Assembly: GCF_006345805.1 (NCBI RefSeq)
Contig: NC_043018.1
Coordinates: 28,272,001-28,336,000 of the forward strand
From: Octopus sinensis
Taxonomy: Eukaryota
Length of the DNA: 64,000 bases
Reading direction: 5' to 3'
Shown here: positions 35,743-49,224 of the stretch, piece after piece
Layout: each line of letters starts with the position of its first letter
Position numbering within the stretch: the stretch's first letter is position 1
Made by a program: the position numbers and the translations under genes
Notes under the pieces: generated by a model
What the model saw: the letters and a program-made list of their open reading frames with translations, nothing else
The model's database searches: none
What the model was told of the DNA's origin: nothing

Positions 35743-36083
35743 AATGTTAGTGTGTCAGTACGCTAGTTTTTGTGTGTTTGTGTGTGACAAAAACCAATAT
35801 TAAGAACTACTTCAGAGCACATACTCAGGCGATTTACCTATAAGAAATGTAGATACCAAATTTACTTTGAAGCGTCACAACTTATATGTACAATTGTGTG
35901 CGTGAATGTATGTCAGTAAGTATGATTGTGTGTGTGTATACGCTATACACACACACACACATATATATATACATATATATATACAGCGGTAGTGCCCCAG
36001 CATGGCCGCGGCCTTCGGGCTTAAACATTTGTAAGGATTTAAGGATATATATATATATATATATATTGATTTATATATATATA

Positions 36084-36155
<72 letters not shown>

Positions 36156-36174
36156 TAGATAGATAGATAGATAT

Positions 36175-36205
<31 letters not shown>

Positions 36206-36439
36206 TACAGCATATATATATGTATAAATATATGTATATATGTACGTATGTATGTATGTATTATGCTTGTATACCTACAAATGCTTCTATATAAGTGTGT
36301 ATGAATAGCCTGAAGAAGAAAAGATGGGAAATGTCTGTGGTGCATCATGAGTGACGTCATTATGTGACTTGATTCAGTAGTAGCTATCGATAATTAGATC
36401 GCTTGCAGGAAATCATTTCAATTTATTCCAAAAGCTGAT

Positions 36440-36770
36440 ATTATGTGCCGCTCAATAAACTATCACGTGAGTTTAACCACAGAATTTATTTCAGATCAGA
36501 TTATACCAACATATACGTTTTGTCGAGACACCATGAGAAATGATACAATATATCACTCTCTCCTCTTGAAGCACTATTTGAAAAAACAAGGCTTTAAAAG
36601 TGCGGTTAAAGCCATTGGTTTGTGCTGTTTCACTTCTTACTTTGACACTTCAAAGATTTGCAGCATATGTTTGACTGAGAAATTTCTTTTCTTAGACTAA
36701 GGTATGCCACGCTAGTAATACCCAGAAACTTATGCTGTCGCTGTAAATCCTTTTTGTTACCATTTTCGAC
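36440..36770 (+). mobile_element. Penelope-like GIY-YIG endonuclease C-terminal remnant
   Basis: ...RNDT...YFDTSKICSICLTEKFLFL matches the PLE CxLCLxEK motif. Confidence 0.55.
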
Positions 36771-36974
36771 TGGCAAAAATGAAGTCGTCTCAGCTACAAA
36801 ACATCACGTGAGCTCTTCGAACTGTTATGCCAAAGATTTGACCTGTCGATCATAATGTGTTAAATTTCGTACCTAATTCATATATAGACGCGCAAATTTA
36901 GATATCTGCATATAGATGTATGTATGCATGTATACATGTGCTTATGTGCGCGTGTACATATATCTACATATACA

Positions 36975-37008
<34 letters not shown>

Positions 37009-37194
37009 CATATACATATACATATATACACAGACACACACATATGTTGGTGTGTGTGATATATATATATACATATATATATATGTAATATATATTTATG
37101 TATATGTGAGTTGATAATATATATATATATATATATATGTAATATATATGCATATATATATATATATATAGATATATATATATGTATATATATG

Positions 37195-37225
<31 letters not shown>

Positions 37226-37943
37226 CATATATGTATATATGCATGCATATGTATAATATATATATATATATATATATTTACACTATATATGTTTATATAT
37301 ATATATATATGTATAATATATATACATATATATGTATTTATATATATATTTATATATATATATAATATTTATCTACCTACAAGCACAGAAAACTTCATAA
37401 ATAATACAGACAGGAAGGAAAAGGTAGGCGGAGAGAACAAGTAATTGATAGATAGCACAAAGTGATAGACAGACACCAGTAAAGAAAGATTTCTATGCAG
37501 GTAGCAGCATCACGGCACAGACTCTCATTGAACAATAAAACAATATGAGTGAGCATCGAAACTACGACATCCTGATGATATGCCAAGGGACAGCATTTGC
37601 ATAAAGTTGTCAGGATGTTTGATTTACGTAGAAATATCGTACGTGATGTAAAGAGAATGGGTAACGAAGGTGACTTTCTATTGGTCTTGTCTCTTCGAGC
37701 GATTTGCCACATTTGACAAACTCACTTCTCTGTCACGTAATTGAAATGTAACCAGAATAAAGAAGAATGAAGAAAATGAACAGGCTGGGATTTGGTCACT
37801 TTCAGAAGAAACTATAAAATTTAATAGCTATGACTTTCTTCGTCTGTATATATACAGCCACATACATACATGCGGATATATATATGCATACATACATATA
37901 CAAATACATAATACATAATACACATATATATATATATGTATAC

Positions 37944-37978
<35 letters not shown>

Positions 37979-38549
37979 CATATATATATAGAGAGAGAGA
38001 CAAGGATATACATTCATATATATTATATATGCATACATACATACATACATTCATATATATATATGTATATATATATATAAATGCATATAAATTGATTTAT
38101 ATGTCTATATCTATACCAATCTATCTATCCAATGAATGTGTATATAATACATTATATATATATATATTAATATATATATATATTATATATATATATAATA
38201 TACATATTGTTCCCCAGTAAAACAACGGTAGACGTCTTAGCTTAAAGATCATAAATGACTGTAGCATCACCTGAGCTCTATAACATTCAACAATCGCATA
38301 GATGTGCTGAGGCAATTATTCGTCCAGGTAATGCTTAATACGGTCATGCGACGTCTCTGTAAATAATACGATATTATTCTTGATATAATATATAGTACTT
38401 TGTACTGATAAACTCTTATACAGTCTGGGACTCAGCTGTAGAAATAAATAAAATTGATATTCCTTCATCAGATCAATTAAATTTTCACCAATCTCATTCT
38501 CTCTCTATTCCACTGAGTTTCACTCTATGCATATATACACACATACAAA

Positions 38550-38680
38550 CAAAGTGTTATCAGAAAGTTCCCAGACTCGTTATGTTTGATAAGAAAAAAT
38601 TATTATTTACCTAAGTTTTAACATTGTCTCCTTCGAAATAGTTACCTTGCGCAGCAATACACCGCTTTCAGCAATATATA
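38550..38680 (-). mobile_element. Mariner 3' terminus
   Basis: Reverse complement matches 320-390 (GCGCAAGGT.ACTAT.TCGAAG.AGA..ATGTTAAAA.TTAGGTAAA). Confidence 0.75.
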
Positions 38681-38984
38681 TAAATTTAAAATGAGGTGAG
38701 AAATTAGATATTAATTTAATTAACATCGACTCTAGCATAGGGTCTCCACATAGTGTTTTCCTTCTAATATATGTAATATATATATTATATATAATATATA
38801 TATATATTATATATATATATATATATTATATATATATATGCAAGCACGTGCATAACTACTTATATATATATATGTATGTGTATATATATATATATACGTT
38901 TACATATTCTTTCATTCTTTAATTTATTTAAGTCACTTGACGGCGGCCATGCTGGGGCACCATCTATATATATTATATAATTCT

Positions 38985-41730
38985 TTCTCAACAGAGGCTA
39001 TGAACATATTTTCCAATGGATACTGCGAAGCAGTCACTGTATTCAGTCAAACCAACAACTTAATAGTAGTTGGGCTCTACAGACCACCCCAAACGCCCCC
39101 ACCATGCTTCAAGGAATGCCTCAATAACATAAAGTGTTTCATTCAGCAGTATCAATCTAACAACATCTTAATGATGGGGGACTTCAATCTCCCTGGAGTT
39201 GACTGGTCTACAAACAGTCTACCGCCAGGTTCTTCTGTCTCAACCCCTGACAGGGAGGCAGTGGAATCGCTTCATGATTTCATGGATGATTTCTTCCTAT
39301 CCCAACTGGTGCTCGAACCAACGAGATGTCACAAAAACGTCCTAGACTTAATTTTCAGCAATCACACTGACACTATCCACAATATTGCAGTGGAGAAAAC
39401 TCTACTCTCTGATCATGACATGATTCTCTGTGATCTGAGATTTCACCGACCAAAATGCAAAACAAACGTCATCCCTCCTGTCCATCCATTTGACACTTTG
39501 GATTTCCACAACGCAAACTGGGAAGCGATCAGTAATGATCTTGCACAAGTTGATTGGTCCTTCACGCACACATACACACACACTAACATCAAAAACATCA
39601 AAAAGACCTGGCAGTCATTTGTAGACACCATTAAGATCTGCAAACAAATCTAAGTGCAGAATCCCTAGAAATAGAAAACTCTCATCAGGAGAATTAAAAG
39701 AATTAACAAAAAAAATCAACAAGCTTAAATACTGTCAACAGCAACACACCAACCTGACTGCCATCACGTCACTAGAGGTTAAAAAACATAACCTCCAAAA
39801 CAACATGATGTTTATCATCAATAGTCAGAGAAGAGCTTAATCCCAAACTTAATCTCAAAATGTTCTTCTCATTTGCAAAAAACACAAAGTTACTGGCTCT
39901 ATTGTTGGCCCTCTGATTGATGAAAATGGTACTCTTCTAGACAATGCCAAAACCATGGGAGAGATGTTGCAGAAACAATACTGCTCTGTTTTCAGCAATT
40001 CTGATATGGCTGATCTGGGCTGTATCACAGATGTTACTCCCCAATACACTTTATCGGACATAAACTTTGGCGCTCCTGATGTCTTAGCAGCAATAAAGGA
40101 AATGAAGCATAATTCAGCAGTAGGTCCCGATTGGTTCCCTGCTTGTGTCTTGGGGATGTGTCAACACCAACTTGCACCCTCTCTAGCCAATCTGTGGCGG
40201 AACTCACTGGATGCTGGATATATATACCAGAAAACCTTCTATCCCAGTCTGTTGTCCCAGTTTTCAAAAAAGGAAACAAATCCCTTGTCGTGATTTACCG
40301 TCCAATCTCACTCACCTCTCATATCATTAAGGTATTTGAGAGAGTGGTGAGATCGCGTATGACTCACTTCCTTGAGAGTCATAATATGCTGAACTCCAAC
40401 CAGCATGGATTCCGTAATGGAAGGGATTGCCTGACGCAGCTACTGCATCACTTCGATGACATTTTGAGAGCCTTGGGAGAGGGTTCCAACACTGATGTTA
40501 TCTACCTTGATTTCAGCAAGGACTCTGACAGGGTTGATCATAAGATCCTTTTGAGAAAGCTGTCCAATATTGGTGTCACTGGAAAGCTGCTGCAGTGGAT
40601 CAAGTGCTTCCTGTCTAACAGAACCTAACATGTTGTAGTCGGAGTCAAATCCAGCCCAGCCAAAGTCAGTAGTGGTGTCCCACAAGGCACTGTGTTGGGC
40701 CCACTTCTCTTCATCATCTACATTAATGACATCACTGACATCATCAAACACAGTAACATCAGAATCTTAGCTGATGATTCCAAGCTCCAGAACGTCATCA
40801 ATGGTGTGGATGACCGGATAAACCCTCAGTCAGACCTACTGGCTGTTGTCCAATAGGCGGAAAAGAACAACATGTTACTAAACGAAGACAAATTCGAATT
40901 GAGCCACTTTGGAAGGGAGGTCGCTCTGAAACTCCCATACTCCCTTCCTTCTGGTGAAACTCTCATGGCGTCTAACAACATCAGAGACTTGGGAGTAACT
41001 GTGGACAACAACATAAGCTGGGCTACACATATAAGCAGCAAAGGTGACATGGCCCTCAGAATGTGTTCCTGGATTCTCAGAACCTTCCAGTCGAGAGATT
41101 CCCACACCATTATCCTTCTCTTCTCCACTTTTGCCCGACCTCACCTTGAATACTGCTGTCCACTGTGGTCTCCCTACACGAAACGGAATATTATGAAAGT
41201 TGAAGCTCCCCAAAGGTCAATCACGAAAAAGATAGATGGCATGTCAGACCTCGACTACTGGGGTCGACTGGAAAAGCTGAAACTGTATTCACTCTAACGA
41301 CGCCGTGAACGCTACATTATCTGTATGATGTGGAAAATATTCCATCAGCACTGTCCAAATGATGTTGGTCTTACCTTCAAAATACATCCAAGACTTGGAC
41401 CCCGTGCCATCCGTCCACAAGAAAAATCTAAATCGCATCTCATAAGAAAAATACAGCACAATTATTTCACCTCAATTGGACCCGCTCTCTTCAACATTAC
41501 ACCAGGACGTCAAACAGAAACTGACCACACAAAATTCAAGAAGTCTTTGGACAAATTCCTTCAAACAGTTCCGACAAACCACCCACACCCGGATATGTCT
41601 CCGCACACAATAACTCTCTGCTCGAATGGACCTTGGTGCCAAATCCTGAATTGAAAGACTTCGCCAGGTGGTGTATTAATTAGACATGACCTGGGCCAAC
41701 ACTGGCCACAACCTTTCTAAGTTATTCTAA
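38985..41730 (+). mobile_element. 5'-truncated CR1-clade LINE ORF2 (APE + RT), pseudogenised
   Basis: APE: VGLYRPP, GDFNLP, LDLIFSN, SDHD. RT: YRPISLTSH, QHGFR, YLDFSK, GVPQGTVLGPLLF, ADDSKL, RDLGV, RPHLEYC. Several stops and frameshifts; ends in CTAAGT then (TA)n. Confidence 0.95.
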
Positions 41731-41799
<69 letters not shown>

Positions 41800-42475
41800 A
41801 TATGTATATATACATGTATATACACACACACACACATATATATATATGTGTGTGTATGTGTGTGTGTGTATGTATTAATGTGTATATATATATGTATATA
41901 TATATATATGTATATAATATATATGTATATATACATGTATATACACACACCACACATATATATATATGTGTGTGTATGTGTGTGTGTGTATGTATTATGT
42001 GTATATAATATGGTATATATATGTGTGTATATATATATATAGTTACTCCAAACAAGAAAACACAGAAAAAAAGAGAAGAAAAACAAAGAGAAAAAAACAC
42101 AGCAACGCAGGACGTGGAACAATTAAAGTATTATTGACGCTCAGGAAAGAAGGGAGGGAGGGTTTCAAGAAGTGATAGAGATATACTCTCTCGATCTATC
42201 TCTGAGCTGTTTATTTATTTTCCTCTTATTGACATTTATTAATTTTAGAAAGAATGTATTACAGACTTCTTCACATTTGAAATCCCGGGTGATTGTTATT
42301 ATTTCTTAGACAAACGTCTCAGGAATCTCTCAACGTCTCCATTACTCGTTTTATTTACTATAAAAACAGTAATAACAACGAATTTCATAACAAGAACCAA
42401 AACAACAACACTACTACTCCTACCACCACTCCTCCTCCATCGCCCCCCTCCCCTCCCCCGCCCCTCCTCCTCCTG

Positions 42476-42513
<38 letters not shown>

Positions 42514-42546
42514 GCTACTACTACTACTACTAATGATGATAATAAC

Positions 42547-42586
<40 letters not shown>

Positions 42587-42594
42587 TTTTTTTT

Positions 42595-42802
42595 AAAAAT
42601 CCAGACAAATACATAACAAAAACACCAGGACTTACAAACACATATAACATACAGAAAATGGCACTACTAGGCACTGCACACATCCTACGCAGAACACTTC
42701 CATACAATAACCATCAGAGCATCGCAACAAATCACAGCACATACTAAGGCACACAGAGCTGCGCTCGGTAGTGAAGTGAAAGCACGCTATAAAATAAAAC
42801 TA

Positions 42803-42805
<3 letters not shown>
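42595..42805 (+). mobile_element. R4/Dong-like subfamily D2, 3' end
   Basis: QKMALLGTAHILRRTL plus UTR ending AAAACTACTG(AAT)n. Confidence 0.85.
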
Positions 42806-42867
<62 letters not shown>

Positions 42868-42869
<2 letters not shown>

Positions 42870-43439
42870 TGACAGAGTTGGAACCTACATACATTGGGAG
42901 CTATGCCAACATTATGGAATAACAACAGAAAAAAGATGGTATAGGCACACACCAGAAAAGGTCACATGAAACGAGAAAGCAACCATACTCTGGGATATGC
43001 CGATACACACAGATAGAGAATTAAGGCCAACAGACCAGATATAGTTGTCAGAGATCTTGAAGAAAAAAAATGCTTTCTAATTGATGTATCAATACCGGCT
43101 GATGACAACGTGTCTCTAAAAGAATGGAGAAACTCTCAAAATACAAAGACCTGGAAATAGAGGTAACTAGAATGTGGAATCTGAAAACAGAAACAATTCC
43201 TATTATAGTAGGTGCATTAGGCATGATAAAAAAATATTCAGACAAATACATAACAAAAACACCAGGACTTACAACACATATAACATACAGAAAATTGCAC
43301 TACTAGGCACTGCACACATCCTACGCAGAACACTTCCATACAATACCCATCAGAGCATCACAACAAATCACAGCAATACCCAGGCACACAGAGCTGCGCT
43401 CGGTAGTGAAGTGAAAGCACGCTAAAAATAAAACTACTG
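42868..43439 (+). mobile_element. R4/Dong-like subfamily D2, 5'-truncated
   Basis: DRVGTYIHWELC...ANRPDIVVRD...LIDVSIP...KYKDLEIE...GTAHILR (RLE domain). Confidence 0.92.
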
Positions 43440-43489
43440 AATAATAATAATATGAATAATAATAACAACAACAACAATAATACTATGAT

Positions 43490-43662
43490 AACAAAATAGG
43501 GGCTGCAATAAGCGTTGAGCACTTGCAGAAAACATCACTGCTTGCAACCGCCGGAATCCTCCGGACGGTGCTCGAATAATAAGAGGTGTTATCTTAGTTC
43601 ACTGGTAGTGAACAGCTGACAGTGTAATACATCTCCAGCTTTAGAAGCCGTGCAAAGGCAAT
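43490..43662 (+). mobile_element. R4/Dong-like subfamily D3, 3' end
   Basis: EHLQKTSLLATAGILRTVLE* plus a distinct UTR ending in (AAT)n. Confidence 0.65.
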
Positions 43663-43679
43663 AACAATAATAATGATAA

Positions 43680-43810
43680 TTGTTTCAAATTTTGCCACAG
43701 GAGCAGCAATTTTGTGAGAAGGGATGAGTCGTTTCCATCGAACCCTGTTATCATGTGGTACTTATTTTATCGACCCGGAAAAGATCACGGGTAAAAGTCG
43801 ACCACGGTTG
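43680..43810 (-). mobile_element. SINE family B fragment
   Basis: GGTACTTATTTTATCGACCCGGAAAAGAT...AAAGTCGACC. Confidence 0.7.
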
Positions 43811-44058
43811 TATAATGATAATAATAATGATAATAATAATAATAATAATATAATAATGATATAATAATAATAATGTCAATGTAAATGTTTGTGTTGTATT
43901 ACATGGAGATATTCTCTACTTCTCCTCCCCAAGCTTTCAGTTATATTTCAACAACTCTTAACCTTCACTTGCCCTAGGGCGCTGGGTGTGCCCCGGCAAG
44001 TGATTGCATCAAACATGCAGATTAAAAGTAAATGACAATAATAATAATAATAATAATG

Positions 44059-44115
<57 letters not shown>

Positions 44116-44965
44116 GCAGCTCAAGTTCAATGCCTACCAACAAGAAACTACCAGGCCAACATATTAAAGAACGGCAGTAGCCCAACATGTTGTGTATGCC
44201 GACAACAAAATGAAACCATTGATCATGTTGTCTCCAAATGCAGTCTTCTAGCGCCTACAGAGTACCTCAACAGGCATGTTAGAGCTTCACAATATATTCA
44301 CTGGGTAATCTGTAAAAACCTGGATTTGCCCATGAAAAAAACTGGTGGGAACACAAACCACCCCCAGTGCTTGAAAATGACCACATCTCACTCCTCTGGA
44401 ACTTCACCATTCAAACTGACAGGAAGATAGATGCAAATAGACCAGACATCATATTGAAAGACTTCAAACAAAGAACATGCCTCCTCTTGATATGACTGTC
44501 CCAATCGATATAAACGTATCTGTCAAGACCTACCAAAAACTGAGCAAATATAAAGATCTTGAATAGAAATCAGCAAAATGTGGAAGCTGAAGACTAAAAC
44601 AATACCTGTTGTCATAGGTGCCCTGGGAATGATAGCGAAAGGGACTGATTGCTACCTAATTCAGATACCAGGAAACCCCAAAATGGCAGAAATTCAAAAG
44701 ATAGTGCTCATGGGAACTGCTCATATCCTACGCAAAATACTCTCTATGTAATCCCAAGGTTTAAAACAAACTTTCTATTTATTTATTTATTTTATTTTAT
44801 TTTATTTTTTAAAAATTTTATTTTTATGTATTAAACATTCACTAGTACAACACCAAAAAAAAACCCCAAATATATGGCACAGAACTTCTAAACTGTTGTC
44901 TCTTGAGGTCTCTGGGTGAGACTTGGAGCCAACTTGTACAGACATAAAGCAAAAGTCAAACATAG
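44116..44965 (+). mobile_element. R4/Dong subfamily D1, 5'-truncated (same family as 54470-58612)
   Basis: AAQVQCLPTRNY...CCVCRQQNETIDHVVSKC...RPDIILKD...; UTR near-identical to the full element; (AAT)n on both sides. Confidence 0.95.
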
Positions 44966-44976
44966 AATAATAATAA

Positions 44977-45330
44977 TGTATCAATACCGGCAGATGACAA
45001 CGTTTCTCTAAAAGAAATGGAGAAACTTTCAAAATACAAAGACCTGGAAATAGAGGAAACTAGAATGTGGAATCTAAAAACAGAAACAATTCCTATCATA
45101 GTAGGTGCATTAGGCATGATAAAAAAATATTCAGACAAATACATAACCAAAACACCAGGACTACAACACATATAACATACAGAAAATGCACTACTAGGCA
45201 CTGCACACATCCTACGCAGAACACTTTCCATACATAACCATCAGAGCATCACCAAAATCACTGCACATACCCAAGGCACACAGAGCTGCCCTCGTAGTGA
45301 AGTGAAAGCACGCTATAAAATAAAACTACT
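44977..45330 (+). mobile_element. R4/Dong subfamily D2, 5'-truncated
   Basis: Same as 43087-43439; separated from the D1 copy by only about 4 AAT units. Confidence 0.9.
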
Positions 45331-45340
45331 AATATAATAA

Positions 45341-45434
<94 letters not shown>

Positions 45435-45454
45435 GTAATAGTAATAATGATGTC

Positions 45455-45921
45455 ACAGAAACTGAAACAGCGACAATACTGTGGAAGATGCCAATACACA
45501 CAGATAGAGAAATTAAGGCTAATAGGCCATATATAGTTGTCAGAGATCACGAAGAGAAAAATGCTTTCTAATTGATGTATCAGTGCCAACAGATGTCAAC
45601 GTTTCTCTAAAAGTAATGGAGAATCATTCAAAATACAAAGACCTGGAAACAGATGTAACTTGATTGCGGAGTCTAAAAACCGAAACAATTCTTATCATAG
45701 TGGGCGCATTAATTACGATAAAAAAAATATTCAGACAAATACAAAACAAAACGCCATGACTAACAAGTATCTATATAACACACAGGAAAAAGCACAAGTA
45801 GGCAACGCACACATCCTACGTGAAACACTTTCAATACAGTAAAAAATAGGAGCATCAGAACAAACTACATCACATACCCAAGGCACATAGAGCTACGCTC
45901 GGTAGTGCAGTGAAAGCACGT

Positions 45922-45924
<3 letters not shown>
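45455..45924 (+). mobile_element. R4/Dong subfamily D2, older diverged copy
   Basis: ATILWKMPIHTDREIKANRP...; same UTR. Confidence 0.85.
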
Positions 45925-45978
<54 letters not shown>

Positions 45979-46000
45979 CATAATAATAATAATAATAATT

Positions 46001-46554
46001 GCCCTGACGCAGTACCAGGCAGTGGCTCTCATGGTTTCTGATCTTAACTGACTAGAAGTGTTATCATGTACATTGTTTTGTCTTGGTATAAAAGATGGGC
46101 TACAGCAAATATTCTGCTCAATACCACAGATTTGCTTGTCAGTTGTTTGACCTTAACCAGTTGACCATGTCCCTTAGTGGCTGATGATATGTGCATCTCT
46201 GATCACGAGCAGAAGTAGTGGGGGAGCATCATAGCTATGTGTTGAGAGGGATTGTTTGGGGTTTGAATAGTTCACCTCTGGAAACATGGGTGGTTCTTTC
46301 AACATCCTTAAACAACCCTTATTCAGGGACCTTTTGAGCAGGATGGGCTACTCAACCTGAAGAAAATTCTAACTGGGCCCCATCTGCAAGGTCATGTCCT
46401 GTTTATCTTGATATGCAATAACCATGTCGCGCACATATGTTTGTGATGCATGTGCCTGGTGTACCCTTATCAGACGGGTAGTCATGATGGGTATATTGGG
46501 CTTCGTATATTTTACCCCAGTGTCACTTTGATGGCATGAACTGCTCTCTCACTC
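46001..46554 (+). mobile_element. 554-bp non-coding element inserted in (AAT)n (family X), full length
   Basis: Copies at 46640-47081 (+, 5'-truncated), 53042-53595 (-) and 49870-50095 (-, diverged); all share the 3' end ...CTCTCAC(T/C)C(AAT)n. Confidence 0.9.
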
Positions 46555-46561
46555 AATAATG

Positions 46562-46600
<39 letters not shown>

Positions 46601-46605
46601 TAATA

Positions 46606-46639
<34 letters not shown>

Positions 46640-46642
<3 letters not shown>

Positions 46643-47081
46643 GATGGGCTACAGCAAATTTTCTTGTCTTGGTATAAAAGATGGGCTATAGCAAATATTC
46701 TGCTCAATACCACAGATTTGCTTGTCAGTTGTTTGACCTTAACCAGTTGAGCATGTCCCCTAGTGGCTGACGATATGTGCATCTCTGATCACGAGCAGAA
46801 GTAGTGGGGGAGCATCACACCCATGTGTTAACAGGGATTCTTTGGGGTTTGAACAATTCACCTCTGGAAACATGGGTATTTCGTTCAACATCCTTAAACA
46901 ACCCTTATTGTGGAACCTTTTGAGCAGGATGGGCTACTCAACCTGAAGAAATTTCTAACTGGGCCCCACTTGCAAGGTCATGTGCTGTTTATCTTGATAT
47001 GACATCACCATGTCGCACACATGTGGTTGTGATGCATGATGGGTATACTGGGCTTTGATAGCATGCACTGTTCTCACACTC
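46640..47081 (+). mobile_element. Family X, 5'-truncated copy
   Basis: Homology to 46090-46554, with a short duplication at the 5' junction. Confidence 0.9.
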
Positions 47082-47146
<65 letters not shown>

Positions 47147-47454
47147 TAATAATGTTGATGATGGTGGTGGTGGTTGTGGTACTGGTTGTTTTGGCGATGA
47201 TGATTTCCTTATAGTCGTTCTTGTATTAGAATGGTAATCTTGATAGTCATGTCGTAGGGTGGTAGTTAGCAGCCAGCAACAGTAATAGCAAACCTCCCTT
47301 AATGGTGCTTATGTCTGTAAACATATATTCCCACGATTATCCGATAATGCGATAGAATTACATTCCACATTGAAAATTATCAGATGAGAATATTTTCGAC
47401 ATACTTGTTACACTTTCTTATTGATTTCTCTTTAGGGTTATTCTCTTGTAAGTA

Positions 47455-48385
47455 TCGTCATCATCATCATCACCATCATCCTTATCATCATCCTCATCCT
47501 CCTCCTCATCATCATCATCATTATCATGATCATCATGATCATCATTATCATCGTCATCATCATTCTCGTCATTATCATGATCATCATCATTATCATCATT
47601 ATCGTCGTCGTCATCATCATTACCATCATTATCATCATCATCATCGTCGTCGTCGTCGTAGTCTTCGTCGATCGATGAGCTGGTGGTGGCGTTGTAGCCG
47701 GGTGGGTGGGTGTAGCGGCATCGTCATCCTCATCATCACCAGCAGCAACAGTTGCTGCAGCAGAGCCAGTACCAGTAGCATAGTCGACATCGTCGTTGTC
47801 GTCGTTTTCGTCGCCGTTGGTTGTCGTCATCATCATTGCCATCATCGCCACCGTCGTTGTCGTGGACTACGTCTGCATCATCAACACCACCAACTTCATC
47901 AACGCTACCACCATCATCATCATCATCATCATCATCACCTTCATAATCATCATCACCGTAGTCGCGGTCATCAGTATCGTCATCACCACCACCATCACCA
48001 CCATCTCTGCCACCATCACCATCAACGCCATCATTCATCATCATCATCGTCATCATCACCGTAGTCGCCGTCATCACCACCACCACCACCACCTCTGCCA
48101 CCATCACCATCAACGCCATCATCCATCATCATCATCGTCATCATCACCGTAGTGGCCGTCATCACCACCACCACCACCACCTCTGCCACCATCACTATCA
48201 ACGCCGTCATTCATCATCATCATCATCATGAACATCATCATCACACCGTAGTCGTCGTCATCACTATCGTCACCACCACCACCATCACCCCCTGCCACCA
48301 TCACCATCAACGCCATGATTCATCATCGCCACCGTAGACTTCCTCCCCTTCATTGTCGTCTTCCTCCTCATGGTCATCATCATCT
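47455..48385. repeat. (CAT/CAC/CGT)n tract with higher-order units
   Basis: CTCTGCCACCATCAC.ATCAACGCC recurs near 48004, 48092, 48181 and 48292. Confidence 0.9.
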
Positions 48386-48445
48386 TCAGCAGCAGCAGCA
48401 GTACTAGCTTCAGGTGATACTAATTTGATTTGCCAAACATTAATC

Positions 48446-48784
48446 TGAAGAAGAAGAAGAAGAAGAAGAAGAAGAAGAAGAAAAGAAGAAGAAGAAAAGA
48501 AGAAGAAGCTGAAGCTGAAGAAGAAAAACAAGAAGAATATGAAGAAGAAGAAGAAGAAGAAGAAGAAGAGAAGAAGAAGCGGAAGAAGAAAAACAAGAAT
48601 AATTGAAGAAGAAAGAAGAAACAATGAAGAATATGAAGAAGAAGAAGAATAAGAAGAAGAAAAAAGGGAAAGAAGAGAAGAAGAAGAGAAAGAAGGAGAA
48701 GAAGAAAAAAGAAAAAAAAAGAAGAAGAAGAAGAGAGAAGAAGAAGAATGAAGAAGAAGAAGAGGAAGAAGGAGAAAAGAAGAA

Positions 48785-48816
<32 letters not shown>

Positions 48817-48917
48817 AGAAGGAGAAGGAAAGAAAAGAAGAAGAGAAGAATATGAGAAAAGAAGAGGAAGAAGAGAAGAAAAGAAGAAGAAGAAGAAGAA
48901 ACAGAAGAAGAAGAAGA
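48446..48917. repeat. Degenerate (GAA)n polypurine tract
   Basis: Direct reading. Confidence 0.95.
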
Positions 48918-49224
48918 GTGAATCTGACCCCTTGACACACGACGGTAATTAATACGGTGTCAACGACTTTGTTTTGTTCGTTTATTTTATTACTGTTTGC
49001 TAAAAGCTGCGCTGAGAGTATAAAATAAACGGACTGAGTTTGTGGCTTCCATTGTCTCGTGTATACAGACAGCAGCTATTAACATTCGATTTATTTAATT
49101 ATTAGTGATATAGGGTTCAGTTATCGAAATTATATTTTATTAAGTTCTATAAAATTCCCTAAGTGTCTCGCCTTTTGTTCAAATGAGGGGCCATTTGAAT
49201 TCTTTTGATATTTCACTTGAAGAA

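Noticed and set aside
37555-37620. CGAAAC...CCTGATGA with an ACATCCTGA/TCAGGATGT stem
   Set aside because: Helix I register is off by 2 nt from any UH triplet; no second copy
46175-46215. CTGATGA inside family X
   Set aside because: No downstream GAAA; other copies read CTGACGA/CTGACGG with no hammerhead helices
48442-48927. AATCTGA on both sides of the GAA tract as a possible TSD
   Set aside because: A 7-bp AT-rich match with no element body; chance is plausible
47384-48940. Poly-His, poly-Asp, poly-Lys/Glu ORFs
   Set aside because: Stop-free trinucleotide tracts open on both strands; no splice or coding context
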